From: Eledone cirrhosa | Taxonomy: Eukaryota | Reading direction: 5' to 3' | Length of the DNA stretch: 64,000 nt | Assembly: GCA_964016885.1 (NCBI GenBank) | Contig: OZ024753.1 | Location: 4,216,001-4,280,000 of the forward strand | Part shown: one piece after another, positions 44,090 through 58,110 of the stretch | Layout: every line of letters begins with the position of its first letter | Position numbering within the stretch: the stretch's first letter is position 1 | The notes under the pieces: model-generated | What the model was told of the DNA's origin: nothing | Seen by the model: only the letters and a program-made list of their open reading frames with translations | The model's database searches: none | Program-made: the position numbers and the translations under genes

Positions 44090-44327
44090 AAAGATTAACA
44101 ACAGCATAATGCTTAATTACTTGAATTCATATTCCATTTTTCATATAAGATACTAATACATGTCGATAAAATGTTGCTCCTCTACCTATGTGATGTATTA
44201 GGTTTAAATTTATAGAGGCAGGCCATGTTTCATGGCAAACCACCTGAGTCTCCAAGAGATGATAAGGACAGTTTCTGCTTCATATTGAAGTCAGTAAGTC
44301 AGCACAATTATTTGCATTTCTATTTAT

Positions 44328-44473
44328 AACGTCGTCTTGGCATCCTCCTCTTCACCCACTTATTACATGGAGGGTTGTAGGGGCAGACTTCTCAAACACA
44401 TCTTCCAGTGTGTTCTGTCAGAAGCAACCGCCTCTAATTGATCGGTGTTTGTTTAAAATGTTTCTTTTAGATC
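44328..44473 (-). mobile_element. Possible RTE-like LINE extreme 3' fragment
   Basis: Minus-strand translation DLKETF*TNTDQLEAVASDRTHWKMCLRSLPLQPSM* resembles the A.DR..W terminal motif of RTE-type ORFs. Confidence 0.4.
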
Positions 44474-45559
44474 ATTATTTAATAACCGAAAATCTTCTCA
44501 CTGAAGAAATGCTTTCCGTTATTAGTAAAAACTGATTCAATGATAGATCTGTTATGTCGTGCCTCCGACACGTTGAATTATTTCAATGACATAAAAAGAA
44601 TTGTCGTCAGTGTCCTCAATAAGAATTACTACGGTTTTCCAAAACAATAAGAATAAAGTCACTTATATAATTCTTATTTTATGAAATTAGCCCCACTCCC
44701 GCTCGTGACGTAGAACTCAATGGCAATTGGTTTGTATTTTTTCTTTAATTAAGAGTAGGAATGTTGTACATTACAGAAGGTTTCTGCCTCTAATTCGATA
44801 CAGCCATTCAAATTCATTAGTTGCAATTTTTAAAAGCTGACTTGAATTAAATACAATTTACTGTAACGTTTTCCATACGCAAATGTCTGCCACACGAACC
44901 GGTAAATATTTTACATTATAAAAACTCATGCGCTTGTTGGAAGAAAATGCTTACAGGTTTCTAAGATTTTAATATGAAATCCAATAGGATGAAATAATTT
45001 ACTCTTGTCGTCTGCATTTACAAAGTTTCAGTCATTAACTAAGGAATGACGACCCTCTCAGGAGTAAGTGGGCGAAGAAGGAGGAGAGCATGAAGAGCAT
45101 TCTTATATGAACGGATAGAAAACATGCCATTGTTATGATCAGTGCTATGAAACTTTAGCATACTGTGGAGCACACAATATATCCCTCTAAATTGTCCATG
45201 TTTATATCGAATAATCAACATAGACAAAAAATAAATGGCTAAAATATTCTAATGAATGACGTTTATATTATAATAAATATTTGTTTTTATAATTATATCT
45301 TCCGGAAATATTCGTAAATCATGTACAGTCAATTTGTAATGGCGGAATTGTATTATGCAGTGACACAAGAGATCAAAATATTCGTCCGACTGACTAAATT
45401 GAGTAGCCGAATATCGCTCAAATTAGCAAGCCTTCAGTTGATTTTATTTCACATATACGTTGATTGATATTTCTGAGATCCATTACATGGAAGACCCACG
45501 TTTAAAAACTATTTTATCTTGAGTCTCCTCAATATGGCTCATCTACGTTTAAACAAAAC

Positions 45560-45735
45560 AATAATTGTTTCTACTTTTGGCACAAGGCCAGCAATTATCC
45601 AGTGCATTACTGGTACTTTATTTTATCGACCCCGTAAGGAAGAAAGGCAAAGTTAACCTCTGCAGGATTTGAACTCAGACTGTAAAGGGACATAACTATG
45701 CTGGAAAGCATGGCGTCCGACCCTATACCGATACT
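45560..45735 (-). mobile_element. SINE family A, slightly 5'-truncated, 11-bp TSD
   Basis: Family match; AAAACAATAAT at 45555-45565 and 45736-45746. Confidence 0.92.
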
Positions 45736-46778
45736 AAAACAATAATGGTAATAGAATACCAATAAATATAATCCTGGATACTTTGAAGAACATAGGAATG
45801 ACTATTATAACAAATTTCAGTACGTTTCAGCAAGTTTTCTAAGATTTACCCAACTCCTTTTGACGTCAAAATGAAAATAACGTTATTTCTGTAAAATAAC
45901 TGTATTTACTCTTTATAATCTTTATCGTCGCTTCATCCCACGTATTTATTTCCTTTCCCGGGCATCTATATAGTTAACTGTTCTCACATATTTCGCACTT
46001 GTCATATAATTTCCTCAATTACATTTGCGTTGTATTATCTGAGTTTGCTCTTAGACGATACGGCGCTGTGTTTCCCTGTGTTTTATTTCTTGTTGTTTTG
46101 AATCTTCACCTCTGCATTATATACTGTACTCTGAAAAAAAGCTTGCAAACAGAAATTCAGATATTTTTACTGTGAGTGAATAATATCCTTTATATTACGA
46201 CAAAGACAATTAATTAACACATTTAGCTCAGAAATCACCTCTATTACGATTATTCGCAATATGGTGTTATTGTTATCGTGATTATCGTTAGTATTTTTCT
46301 GTATTTGAGTCATAAAGTTTTTACTCTTTCTTCCGTTGCAGTTGACAACAGATTCTCTAGTGCCCCAAATAAATGCATTTCTTTTCTGGAGTGAAATCTG
46401 TTAATTAAATTGATATTGAATGAAGAAAGTCAGAATAACCACAAAGACCACTTAAAATAAAAATTAGTGAAAATAAAATTTTAAAGTTTTTCTTTGTTAG
46501 AATGAAATGATAATTACATTGAAAAAATTATTTCTGATATTTATTTTTGTCTAAGAGAGGCCAGTAATATAATAATCATCGACAAAGAGTGAACATTTCT
46601 TTTTCTGATTTGTAAGAAATGTATGGTCGATAATTCACTGGATTGTATTAAAGACGAAATGAATTACTCAGTAAAGTGTATCGGTAAAGTTCAGGTAAAT
46701 TTGAAGCAAAAAGGTGAAATAAACAAAAATTAGGATTACAGTTTAAAATATTTTAACAACGACAACAATAATAACATT

Positions 46779-46973
46779 AATAATTGTTTCTACTTTTGGC
46801 TCAAGGCCAGCAATTATTCCAGTATGTTACTGGTACTTTATTTTATCGACCCCGTAAGGATGAAAGGCAAAGTTAACCTCGGCGGGATTTGACACTCAGA
46901 CCATAAAGGGCCTTAACTCTTTGCTGCAATGCATGGCGTCCGACCCTCTAGCGATACTGCCAATGCACCGCCC
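46779..46973 (-). mobile_element. SINE family A, full length
   Basis: Family match ending CAATGCACCGCCC. Confidence 0.92.
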
Positions 46974-46982
46974 TTAATTATT

Positions 46983-47222
46983 ATAATAATAATAATAATA
47001 ACAATTTCTTTATTTGGTAAGAAGGGCCTACATATAAGGGACAATTAAAAAAGGCAGGGACGGTCGGTGTTTACTATCAAATTAAGTAAAATAATATAAA
47101 AAAACAATGATAAACAGGAAAATACAAAACACTAATAGCGGGGAAAACCACGGGAGGGTCGACTCAGGCCCCCAACACGGGCCATTCTAGCCACATTTAC
47201 CCACGTTTTAGCATCTGCCAGA
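46983..47222 (-). mobile_element. Possible LINE 3' end with (TTA)n tail
   Basis: Minus strand has an ORF-like end (..KTWVNVARMARVG..), a T-rich 3' UTR, AATAAA, then (ATT)n. Confidence 0.4.
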
Positions 47223-47239
47223 ACAGAAGCGTTACGAAT

Positions 47240-47405
47240 AATAATTTTTCTACTTTAGATAAAATACCAGTAATTATGGAGGAGGGGAAAGTCGATCAAA
47301 TTGACCTCAGTGCGTGACTGGTAGTTTAATAATAAATTGGTTTCTGATTTAGGCAGAAACCAATAATTTTACAGAAGGGGAGACTCAATTAAATTTCCCC
47401 GAGTA
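47240..47405 (-). mobile_element. Old diverged SINE tail fragments related to family A
   Basis: AATAATTTTTCTACTTTAG...CCAGTAATT...CAGTGCGTGACTGGTA and a second TTGGTTTCTGATTTAGGCAG unit. Confidence 0.5.
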
Positions 47406-47590
47406 TATTATTAGACTTGTAATAAACGTGTATCCTGTCCTCTCGCATTGATCTGTCAAACATTTTAAATAATTGTTCCTAATATACTATCTGAAAATTT
47501 TCGAGATGCCTCTACTCATATTGTTGTCGTTGAGTCACTCTCAGGTGTCATCTCTCATACTCTCTACTAAACTTCCATACAAAACTAGCG

Positions 47591-47731
47591 TATATATATA
47601 TATGTAATATATATATATATGTATTATATATATATATGTAATATATATATATATATGTAATATATATATATATATGTAATATATATATATATGTAATATA
47701 TATATATATATATGTTATATATATATATGTA

Positions 47732-47766
<35 letters not shown>

Positions 47767-47837
47767 ATATGTAATCTATATATATACATATTATATATAT
47801 ATATGTAATATATATATATATATATTATATATATGTA

Positions 47838-47868
<31 letters not shown>

Positions 47869-48125
47869 ATGTAATATATATATATATATTATATATATAT
47901 ATGTAATATATATATATTTATTATATATATATATGTAATATATATATATATATTATATATACATGTAATATATATATGTATATATTATATATATATATGT
48001 AATATATATATATATATTATATATATATGTAATATATATATGTATATATTATATATATATATGTAATATATATATATTATATATATATATGTAATATATA
48101 TATATATATTATATATATATATGTA

Positions 48126-48162
<37 letters not shown>

Positions 48163-48167
48163 ATGTA

Positions 48168-48198
<31 letters not shown>

Positions 48199-48254
48199 AT
48201 GTAATATATATATATATATATTACATATATATATATATGTTATATATATATGTA

Positions 48255-48285
<31 letters not shown>

Positions 48286-48341
48286 ATGTAATATATATAT
48301 ATATATATTACATATATATATATATGTTATATATATATGTA

Positions 48342-48374
<33 letters not shown>

Positions 48375-48417
48375 ATGTAATATATATATATATTACATAT
48401 ATATATATATATATGTA

Positions 48418-48450
<33 letters not shown>

Positions 48451-48725
48451 ATGTAATATATATATATATATATATTACATATATATATATATATATATTA
48501 CATATATATATATATATATATATATTACATATATATATATATATATATGCAATATATATATATTACATATATATATATATGTTACATATATATATATGTA
48601 ATATATATATATTACATATATATATATATGTAATATATATATATATATATTACATATATATATTTATTAAAATAAATATTAAAATAAATATTATTATTAC
48701 TATTACATATATATATATATATATT
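47591..48725. repeat. Degenerate (TA)n array with ATGTAAT / ATTACAT interruptions
   Basis: TA repeats with recurring GTAA and TT interruptions. Confidence 0.96.
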
Positions 48726-49323
48726 ATTTTCTATCAGTGTGTTAGAACAGTTTTGCCGGTTCTATCTTTGCTGCAACTGTCATCAAATGTTGTTGGTTTT
48801 GTTGAAACGTCATAGTTGTGGTTACGTCATTAAAATCGTTTTTTCTCTGCCTTCACCTTTTGTGGCTCTATAGACCGATGTAACCAAACTATAACCTCCC
48901 TTGTTGCATTCCGCTGAGATTGTGTCTCCCTCTTATACATCAAAACATGGATCTTCGTGCAGACCTAAATCCGTATCAATATCGCTAGTCAGATATTCCA
49001 TATTTCCTCATACACTGCACCATATTTCTGTGTGAATGTATTTGGCGTTCACCTTAATCTTCCCCCTAGCCTCTTGTTTGGTAGAAAGTTGTAGGCCCTA
49101 GAATAGGATTTGATGTCTTAGAAAGAAAATGCACCATATGCACCTGTCAGAGATACATCCGTTTCATCTAATTTCCTTTCTAACGGCTCTCCATTTTTTA
49201 AAACAAATGTATATCTTTATTCTTAGATGCTACTTAAAGATCTTGGATAAGGAAATACTTAATTATTTTTGACATATCTACACCACTCTGTCACTTTTAT
49301 GGATAGGTTGATATCAATTATAT

Positions 49324-49405
<82 letters not shown>

Positions 49406-49628
49406 TAATAAAATAATGAATAAACAAAGAAACAGTTCCTTATATTAAAAAAATTCATCATTTTACGATCGTTTCTAGGATATATATGTGTTCGAGTTGG
49501 TATGCATATTCTATAGATCTATGTACAATATTTATACAAACTATCAGAGGGAATATACATACCTACACATATATATACTGTCTTCAGAAATAATGATATT
49601 TGTTTATTGAAAAAAACAAAGATTGATC

Positions 49629-49668
<40 letters not shown>

Positions 49669-50270
49669 TTATCTACATATATTATATATATATATATATA
49701 ATATATATATATATTATATATATATTATATATATATATATATGTGTGTGGGTGATGGATTTGTGTGTTTGTGTGTGTGTGAAACATCATTTGCGTGAAGG
49801 TACACTCAATGACATAATTTTATCTCCGAAAGAAAATCTCTAAGAGTATTACCGTGATAATTTACTTTTGCAAACACAAAACCTCTCGTGAAACGATACA
49901 CCCTATCGTTGACACTACATCATACATAGCAGCCCTTTTCTTCGACTAAAATGACATGTTGGTATGATTCAGTGTAGGAACATGAAATAGAATGATAATT
50001 TGAAGGAAAAATAAATGAAAATCATATGATGATATAAGGAGTTAACAGAGAATAACCAAAATGTTGCTGTTTTTGGTGTATGCATATATAAATATACATA
50101 TATAAAAACGAACACACAAACGTACCTGCGTGTATATATATATATATATATATATATACAAAATACATGCATATATCAATACATATATGTATATATATAT
50201 GCATATATAATCACGTCAGTGTGTGTATCGATTATTTCATGGTGTGTTTTGGGCTTGCTGTATATGTATG

Positions 50271-50301
<31 letters not shown>

Positions 50302-51202
50302 GTAATGTATGTATGTATGTATGTATGTATGTATGTGTATATATATATATATATGATTATAGGAGTGTATGTATGCCCGGCTTTAAGTATTGTGTGTATT
50401 ATCGAAATTCCTATCTATTCAGTATTATATGAATGGCTAAATGGGAAAATACCGTTTGAGGACAGTAAAATTAACTTGATTGCACAACAATATAGAAACC
50501 AATTATAATTTGCTATTTCAATTTTAAGATCTAAAGATATTTAGTATGGAAATTAATGACGTTTATTTCCTTCATATATAGCCAATCGAAGAATGGCAAA
50601 ATATTTAAACAAAATATGGAAAATACTAAATATGTTTTGTTTCCTAACGATTATGCACCCGCACTAATTAGATCGTTAATTTACGACATTAATACAAATA
50701 TTTGATTCCCAATGCTAATCCAAATATTACGAGAAATTTTATTTCATTTTATTCTCTGAAAGTGGTCCGCTTGTAAAATACCCCTAATTGCTATCTGTTC
50801 GATATTTTGATCCTTTGGTTATGGCTCAATCGAATTTATTTTGTTATTATTCAATCTTAAATTTCATTTTATCTTCTTGTGTGGTTCAATGCAAATAATA
50901 TGCATTTTACATGAGTTTCAGCTAATTTTAGAGCGAGCAAACATCAAAGAACCCCGAAACGATATTTTTAACTAAACTCGAAGAAACTTATAATTACGCA
51001 ATTATTAATTGAACATATTTTCTATATTAATGAAGTTAGTTTACGTTAAGAAACATTTCGATCGTTCGATCGCACGCACTAATACCTCACGATGTATTTT
51101 CGATCGGAGGAAAATATTTACATTTTTTTTACACACACATAAATATAGACAACCACACTGAAACACGTTCGCTTATATAGACACGCACGCACGAACGCAC
51201 AC

Positions 51203-51254
<52 letters not shown>

Positions 51255-51274
51255 GTATGTATGCATATATATAC

Positions 51275-51401
<127 letters not shown>

Positions 51402-51764
51402 ATAGGTAGATAGGGGTGATTACGTGTGCATGATTGTGCCTGCAATTCATTCCAATTTAATTTAAGTAATTTTTTTTTGCTTTAATGATGAGTAGGTTTC
51501 CTACATATAATCGAACAGAAATATGCGCTGTACACCACATTGACTAAATAGTTAATCTTCAACGTACATGCATTGTATTAATATAACAAAAGTTAGAAAT
51601 ACTTAGGCTTATCTGTAGGTTAACAAATGTATCAGCGTTCACATTTCTATCATTTCGTTTTTGTCAGCGTGCTACAGGGGCCATATTAGGAAATATGATA
51701 TTCTTATTTTAAATGATAGGCGTATGGTTGGAATTACATTTGTCTGCTATCATAAAAAAAACAG

Positions 51765-52120
<356 letters not shown>

Positions 52121-52397
52121 ATTTTTTGTTAACGCGAATGCATGCTACTTAAATCTTCAAACTCTAATTAACGTTGGACGTAGAAGGTTGCAGGGATTTG
52201 TGCTAGGGACAATAAAATAGTTAAGTTCTGTATAATAAATAGAGAGCTCTTTCGGTGATCCATTCATCGTAATCACTTATCACTATATAAATAAATAGAT
52301 AATCATGTGATGTTTTCTCATTTGGCAAACACATACGTTACTTTAACATTTTTTCTTCCAATCATTTTTTCTTCTAATGAATCATTTGTTCTTCCAT

Positions 52398-52840
52398 TGC
52401 TGAGAAACCCCCTGACTAATAGCCTTCTCCGATTCTATATGTCTTATTAGTTAAGATATGTGCCATCGTCTTGTGCTATACAACTACAGTAGGTATTTTC
52501 GAATGAGCATAATTAATTATTCTGAAATTATTTTGCTATATATCTCCAACTTATGAATTTATAACGCTCTGATCCATTCAATAAGCAACCCCTCTATGGG
52601 TTGTCACCTGTGCAACAATTATTTTTTCTCCCTGGTCACTAACCATCTGATGTCTCTCATTTGAGAAAAATGCATACATTGTGGTCACCTGAAAGATGTT
52701 TCTCTGATTGCCGAGAAACCGAGAAACCCTATTTAAAATATCTATATTGGTCTTGCTCTATGAAACTAGAGTAGGGGTATTTTAGATTGAGTATAATTAA
52801 TACTTCTCAAGTTAGTTATATATCCCATTTATGATTTACT
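52398..52840. repeat. Old diverged direct duplication (~310-bp period)
   Basis: TTGC.GAGAAACC...GTCTTG..CTAT..AACTA.AGTAGG..TATTTT.GA.TGAG.ATAATTAAT at ~52398-52562 and ~52708-52840. Confidence 0.6.
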
Positions 52841-52846
52841 ATTATT

Positions 52847-53035
52847 GTGGATTGGCAGTATCGGTAGAGAGTCGGACGCCATGCTTTGCTGCAAAGAGTT
52901 ACGGCCCTTTATGGCCTGAGTTCAAATCCCGCCGAGATTAACTTTGCATTTCACCCTTACGGGGTCGTTAAAATAAAGTACCAGTAATGTTCTCGGTAAT
53001 TGCTGTCCTTGTGCCAAAAGTAGAAACAATTATTA
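52847..53035 (+). mobile_element. SINE family A, near full length
   Basis: GTGGATTGGCAGTATCGGTAGAG...AGTAGAAACAATTATT. Confidence 0.92.
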
Positions 53036-53143
53036 CAGAATTATTATTATAATTATTATTATATAATAATAATAATAATAATAATTCTGTAATAATTGTT
53101 TCTACTTTTGGCACAAGGCCAGCAATTACCGAGTACATTACTG
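52982..53143. repeat. ~160-bp fold-back palindrome duplicating the SINE tail and its flank
   Basis: CAGTAATG..CTCGGTAATTGCTG...ATTACAGAATT(ATT)n mirrored as (AAT)nAATTCTGTAAT...CAGCAATTACCGAG.ACATTACTG. Confidence 0.9.
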
Positions 53144-53178
53144 TACATATATAACAAGTACATTACTGTATATATATA

Positions 53179-53280
53179 TAACAAAGAAGGTGTGGTAAGA
53201 TACCAGGTGGACCATAACGCACCAGAGTACTCGATACATAGGGTAAAGCTCCGGCAGTTTCGGAGCTTAGATCCGAACGG

Positions 53281-53281
<1 letters not shown>
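53179..53281 (-). mobile_element. Sister subfamily of HHR mini-element family 1 (tail fragment) in (TA)n
   Basis: TGTGGTAAG..ACCA.GTGGACCATAACGCACCA.AGTACTC.ATAC.TAGGGTA matches the family 1 tail, but is joined to a different GAAAC-containing upstream segment. Confidence 0.72.
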
Positions 53282-53314
<33 letters not shown>

Positions 53315-53316
<2 letters not shown>

Positions 53317-53798
53317 CAGACTCAGACTCAGAAGCTCCCGCGTCTTGAGACGCATGAGGCAATCATAGTGTTCCACCGCGTTCGGTCAGCAGCCAGTTGC
53401 ACAGCGTCCCGCCATTGTCTGTTTGTCGCTCGCAGGTCCCTCTCAACTGTCTGGCGCCAGTTCATTTTAGGTCCCCCCTCCGTCTGATTCCCTGTGGGTT
53501 CCATTTAAGTACTTGGTTCCCCAGTCTCCCCGGGTGAATTCTCAATGCGTGCCCAAACTTGCCCAGGCGTCGCTTGCAGATGGCAGAAGAGACTAGCTGC
53601 TGGTTCGTGCGGTTCCTGACTTCCTGGTTTGTTACATGGTCACTCCATTTAATCCGCAGGATCTTTCGCAGACATCTGGAATCGAATGCGTCCAACTTCT
53701 TCTCTTGGCTGGTCTTAAGGTGCCATGTTTCACTTCCGTGCAAGAGTATGGAGCGCACGTTGCTGTTGTAGAATCTCATCTTTGTTTTGAGGGTGAAC
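53315..53798 (-). mobile_element. RTE-clade LINE 3' fragment (RT C-terminus) with (GAGTCT)n tail, inserted in (TA)n
   Basis: TKMRFYNSNVRSILLHGSETW...LDAFDSRCLRKILRIKWSDHVTNQEV...RRLGKFGHALR...W.PQG.RRRG, one frameshift, then PKMNWRQTVERDL...AADRTRW...*; short tandem-repeat tail. Confidence 0.9.
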
Positions 53799-54326
53799 TA
53801 TATATATATATATAATGAAATATATGCATTGACACAGGCACATCTATATATATGTGAACATGGAATCAATGTGGTGTATCTGTACGTGTAATTATAATAC
53901 GGGGTATTTTGAAATTATAGAAGAAATATCATATCTTACAGGAATTATTATTTGTTGAAGTGGTCAGTCAAAATGACACACACTAAGCATTAAGCATATT
54001 ATCAAGTTTATATTAGAGGTGAGGTAGTTGTAATGCATTATATTTGGTATAAGATTACATCACATTGCCTGAAGTATGACTTGCCGCGTCCATTATTGCA
54101 TTACAGTATTATCAAATTAACCGAACAATACAAACAAAACTTTAATTCGTGATCTTCCTTTGGGTAACATAGATGTACTTGATCATGTAGTAACTTGCTC
54201 CGTGGGCATATTAGTCCTCCTATGCTTAATCAATTATTAAATAATGTATGGAATCAAAACGAAGTTTCCATATTTGCGGATATAACAGGTTCAATATATA
54301 GATCGTGAAGAAAGTATTCAAATTTA

Positions 54327-54369
<43 letters not shown>

Positions 54370-54434
54370 CAAGTATGTTTTAAAACAGTGAGCAGGTTTG
54401 AAATTAGAAAATAAAATAGCTTTCTCCGTATTTT

Positions 54435-54576
54435 TGACTAAAGGAATCTTAGCCTGATAATGGGGTTTAGAACCCTCAGATAAATGGAAAAAGATGAGTA
54501 TTGACGTCAATACACATCTTTTTCCATTTATCTGAGGGTTATAAACCCCATTATCAGGCTAAAATTCCTTTAGTCA
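54435..54576. repeat. 142-bp spacerless palindrome (3 mismatches)
   Basis: TGACTAAAGGAAT...GTATTGAC|GTCAATAC...ATTCCTTTAGTCA, centred at 54505/54506 and immediately followed by (TA)n. Confidence 0.93.
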
Positions 54577-55511
54577 TATATATATACACATCTGAATGGA
54601 ATCAATTTAAAACATATTAGACCATTACTCAGCAGAGTACTCGATACTTGAGTCAGCAAATTATGATTAAATTAGAAAGAATGGGAAATTGACGGTTGAG
54701 CTCTTGCCGTTTCTACAGTCAGTTGCAGACAGTTTGCCGAAGAGCTTGGCGGTTTACAGACTGTGTCGTCAGGAGTATGGTTTGCACAATAATGCCATGC
54801 ATTATTTATTATCAAATTGTAAATTATCTTCATATAAGTGTTAATATTAAAAAAATATATATATTTATGTTTAGCTAATGGTTGTGTGTGTAGATATATA
54901 GCTTAGTGTGCGTGTATATGCATGTGTACATCAAATCTATAATCTTAACCGTAATTTAATGTCATTTAAGATCTAGCTTAGTTAATAGTAAACAAATCCG
55001 AACAAAAAATCCACTATATTCTACATTAATAACACATATTGGTTGTTTCTTTTGTTTTATTTTTTCAGATAGCTAGCAAATAAGTCCCCACTTCGTTGAT
55101 AGATACATTCGCTGAATTTGGACAATTCTTTCATTAGGGTGATCTGCTGCTGGCTCTGATGCCCCTTCTGTAGACATGTTGTCTGAAGGTCACTATAACC
55201 ATGCACGAGGACATACATACACCCACACCCACACTAATATATTTTTTCGATAAATATAATCATGTGTGTGTTTATTTATTTGTATGGGTAGGGTACTAAT
55301 TTTCATTCCAATTTGTTATCTTATTAATAACATTCGAAGCCATTTAAACACATTAAGTAAAAGGACAAGAGTTGTATAAGCTTATTCAGATACGTTAGGT
55401 AATGTGAATATTTCGACTTGTTGTCTTCACAAGATGAGAAAACCAGAAACACATTAAAAAATCACAATTCAACAACATATTTTCCATATGCTTGTAATAT
55501 AATATTATATA

Positions 55512-55688
55512 TATCGGTAGAGGGTCGGACGCCATGCTTTGCAGCAAAGAGTTACGGCCCTTTATGCTCTGAGTTCAAATCCCGCCGAGGTCAGCTTTGC
55601 CTTTCATCCTTACGGGGTCGATAAAATAAAGTACCAGTAATACACTGGGATAATTGCTGGCCTTGTGCCAAAAGTAGAAAAAAATTAT
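55512..55688 (+). mobile_element. SINE family A, slightly 5'-truncated
   Basis: TATCGGTAGAGGGTCGGACGCC...AAAAGTAGAAA; ATTATATATA on both sides. Confidence 0.92.
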
Positions 55689-57289
55689 ATATATGTACAT
55701 ATATATACATATATATAGACAAAACCTAATAAACCATCATCACCTTGCTGATGTTTTTCATCAACCTTTTCATATCTCATTCATTATTTTGATATTGTGG
55801 GCTATATGTGTCAGATATTGTCGGCGGAAGCAATCCTGCTTTCTATGGATTATGTGTCTTCATTTATGTGTTTTAGTTTGCTAGTGTATAGAACTGCACA
55901 ATTTTAATATGAAATTGTTCTTTCGTAATTTAGTTATGTCGTGAGTACCGAATTTTTGTATAGGAGGGGAACATATGTATATAAACACATACGTATATAT
56001 ATATTCAATTTTTGACATGTTTTTATTGTTTATATTTTTGTCAGCGTAATTATGGCAAAAGTTATGTTTCATATTCGATAATTAGAAATCGATGAAATAA
56101 GTAACAGGCTCAAATAATTATCGGAGCCAATATTACCGATGAAAAAGTGTTGATAGAGGAAATATATGAACTTGCATAAACGTGATTATATTTTTCGATA
56201 AAATTCATATGAAAAAATTAGTAATAAATTTGTATTGAGCAAATGATCTCCTTGTTTAAATGCATATGTATAGGCGGTTGCCGTTTACTCAATATATTAA
56301 TGAGTCAAATTAATTAAAATCTGTTTATTACTTCAAATAATCTCCATGAAATCCTCTGCAAATCACCTTCTACAGCTTTAGAGAAAGAAGAAACCATACC
56401 CCAATGTTGTTTTCGATATACTATAAGTGAATAAAGATGACAACAACACGTATAGAACCTTTTGATAACAGGTTTAATCTAAGCTGAATAAAACAAAACA
56501 AAAAGAGAAAAATCTCTATTTTAGATATTGAATTCTGTAGAATATTAAACAATATTTATACTTTAATGTTCATGCTGTGAAAAGAAAATCATGTGCATTT
56601 TACAAGAGAGCAATTAAATTAGTGCTGCAAATGTGTTGCAGTTATTTCTTTCCCATGACAATTCATAAAAATATAAACGTTCTCTTATATTCAAATAATC
56701 AATGATAAGCATATAAAAATGATTTTCGTTGAAGGTTTGTTGAACATCTTCTTTACATTCGTGATGCATATATTTCGAGAACATACATCGATTTGATAAA
56801 CATGTGTGTTGTAGCATTGCTAGTTTCGATCAGATAGTCAGAAAGACATAGTATTATGTCCCATTGTGCCCCAAATATTTAAAAGTACAGATACTCACAC
56901 GGGTGATAAATTATATGTACGATATTCTGGGTATATGTTTCCTTTATATTACTTTTAACCAGGACACTTAAATGTTTTACGTTTTCATAATATTTATAAA
57001 TATACATTTAAGATCATAACAGCTAAATCTACTGCTACTACTACTACTTGTAGGAAGAATCATTTTCTACGCTACAAGTCACTCGTAAATATGTTCTATT
57101 TCCTCCACGAACTCGTACGCAATTGACTTTTATAAGTTACCCACCAGTATTTGGTAAAGCGTGTTTGGGAAGCAGACACTTCTACTATTATTGGTTGCGC
57201 ATCATATGTTAAACTGTGCTGATTCGGAGACCAGCAGTAGTCGCAACAATCGTTTGCGATTTTGTATTCACCACACACTATCATTCAAT

Positions 57290-57605
57290 AACCTGAAAAT
57301 GTGGCTATTATTTTCAACATTTCGCAATGTATTATAGATTCAGAAGAACAAAGTAAACACAATATTCAGGATAGAATCACACCCCTTCCAGGATACATAA
57401 CACAAATCTCAGGTCACATATTATACTGTACATGAGTAGCACCCAATAAAATAACAACATCTATTCTTACATATCACACCAACCTACTCTCTAGTTAGCC
57501 GCAAATCATTATTGCTAAACACGCCACACCCGACTAACTCAACGTCGAGATGTATCACAATGATAACTCATCTTATATAGAAAGTGTTCAGCACCGAACA
57601 GGATA
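57290..57605 (+). pseudogene. Possible heavily decayed CR1/L2-type RT remnant
   Basis: W-L-L-F..FNISQC-like and IESVQHR motifs in the order expected for CR1 (W...FN..KC, IE.VQRR); many stops and frameshifts. Confidence 0.3.
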
Positions 57606-58110
57606 ACACTAATGACATTACACAGGTTCTGCACAAACAAGTAAACGACAGAAACAACGAACCCAATAACTAACGCTACTAAGTAGATTCCTAACACTCA
57701 TTGAATAAAAAAGGCATACATCTTACATATGTAACACAGATGCATAGCTAGTGCAGATTTGGAAACCCGAATGCATATGTCGAATTAATAAGAACGAACA
57801 ACCACTTTCAAAAAAGAGGAAAAATGAAGTTGAAGATGAAATGTATTTCACTTATGCTATCTTCCGCTTCAACTCACAAAATATTTTCTTTTTTCTTTAA
57901 TGAAAGTACAAGGTTAAAATAGAAAATGAGAATTAACAAGCTTCATAAAAACAAAACCACTAGAAGCAACAGCGAGTATGATGACATGAATTGTTCTATT
58001 GACTGTGTTAATTTATGTATTTCATAAAAATAACTTTTTCTAAATACATTGGCGGATTTAAAATATAACAAAGTTAATGTGAGTGGAAAATCTATTGTGG
58101 CGGCTGTTAA

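Noticed and set aside
48730-49310. Minus-strand AKYIHTEICAVYEE (mariner N-terminus-like) and a decayed TGATGA...AAAC motif
   Set aside because: Too short and degenerate to call.
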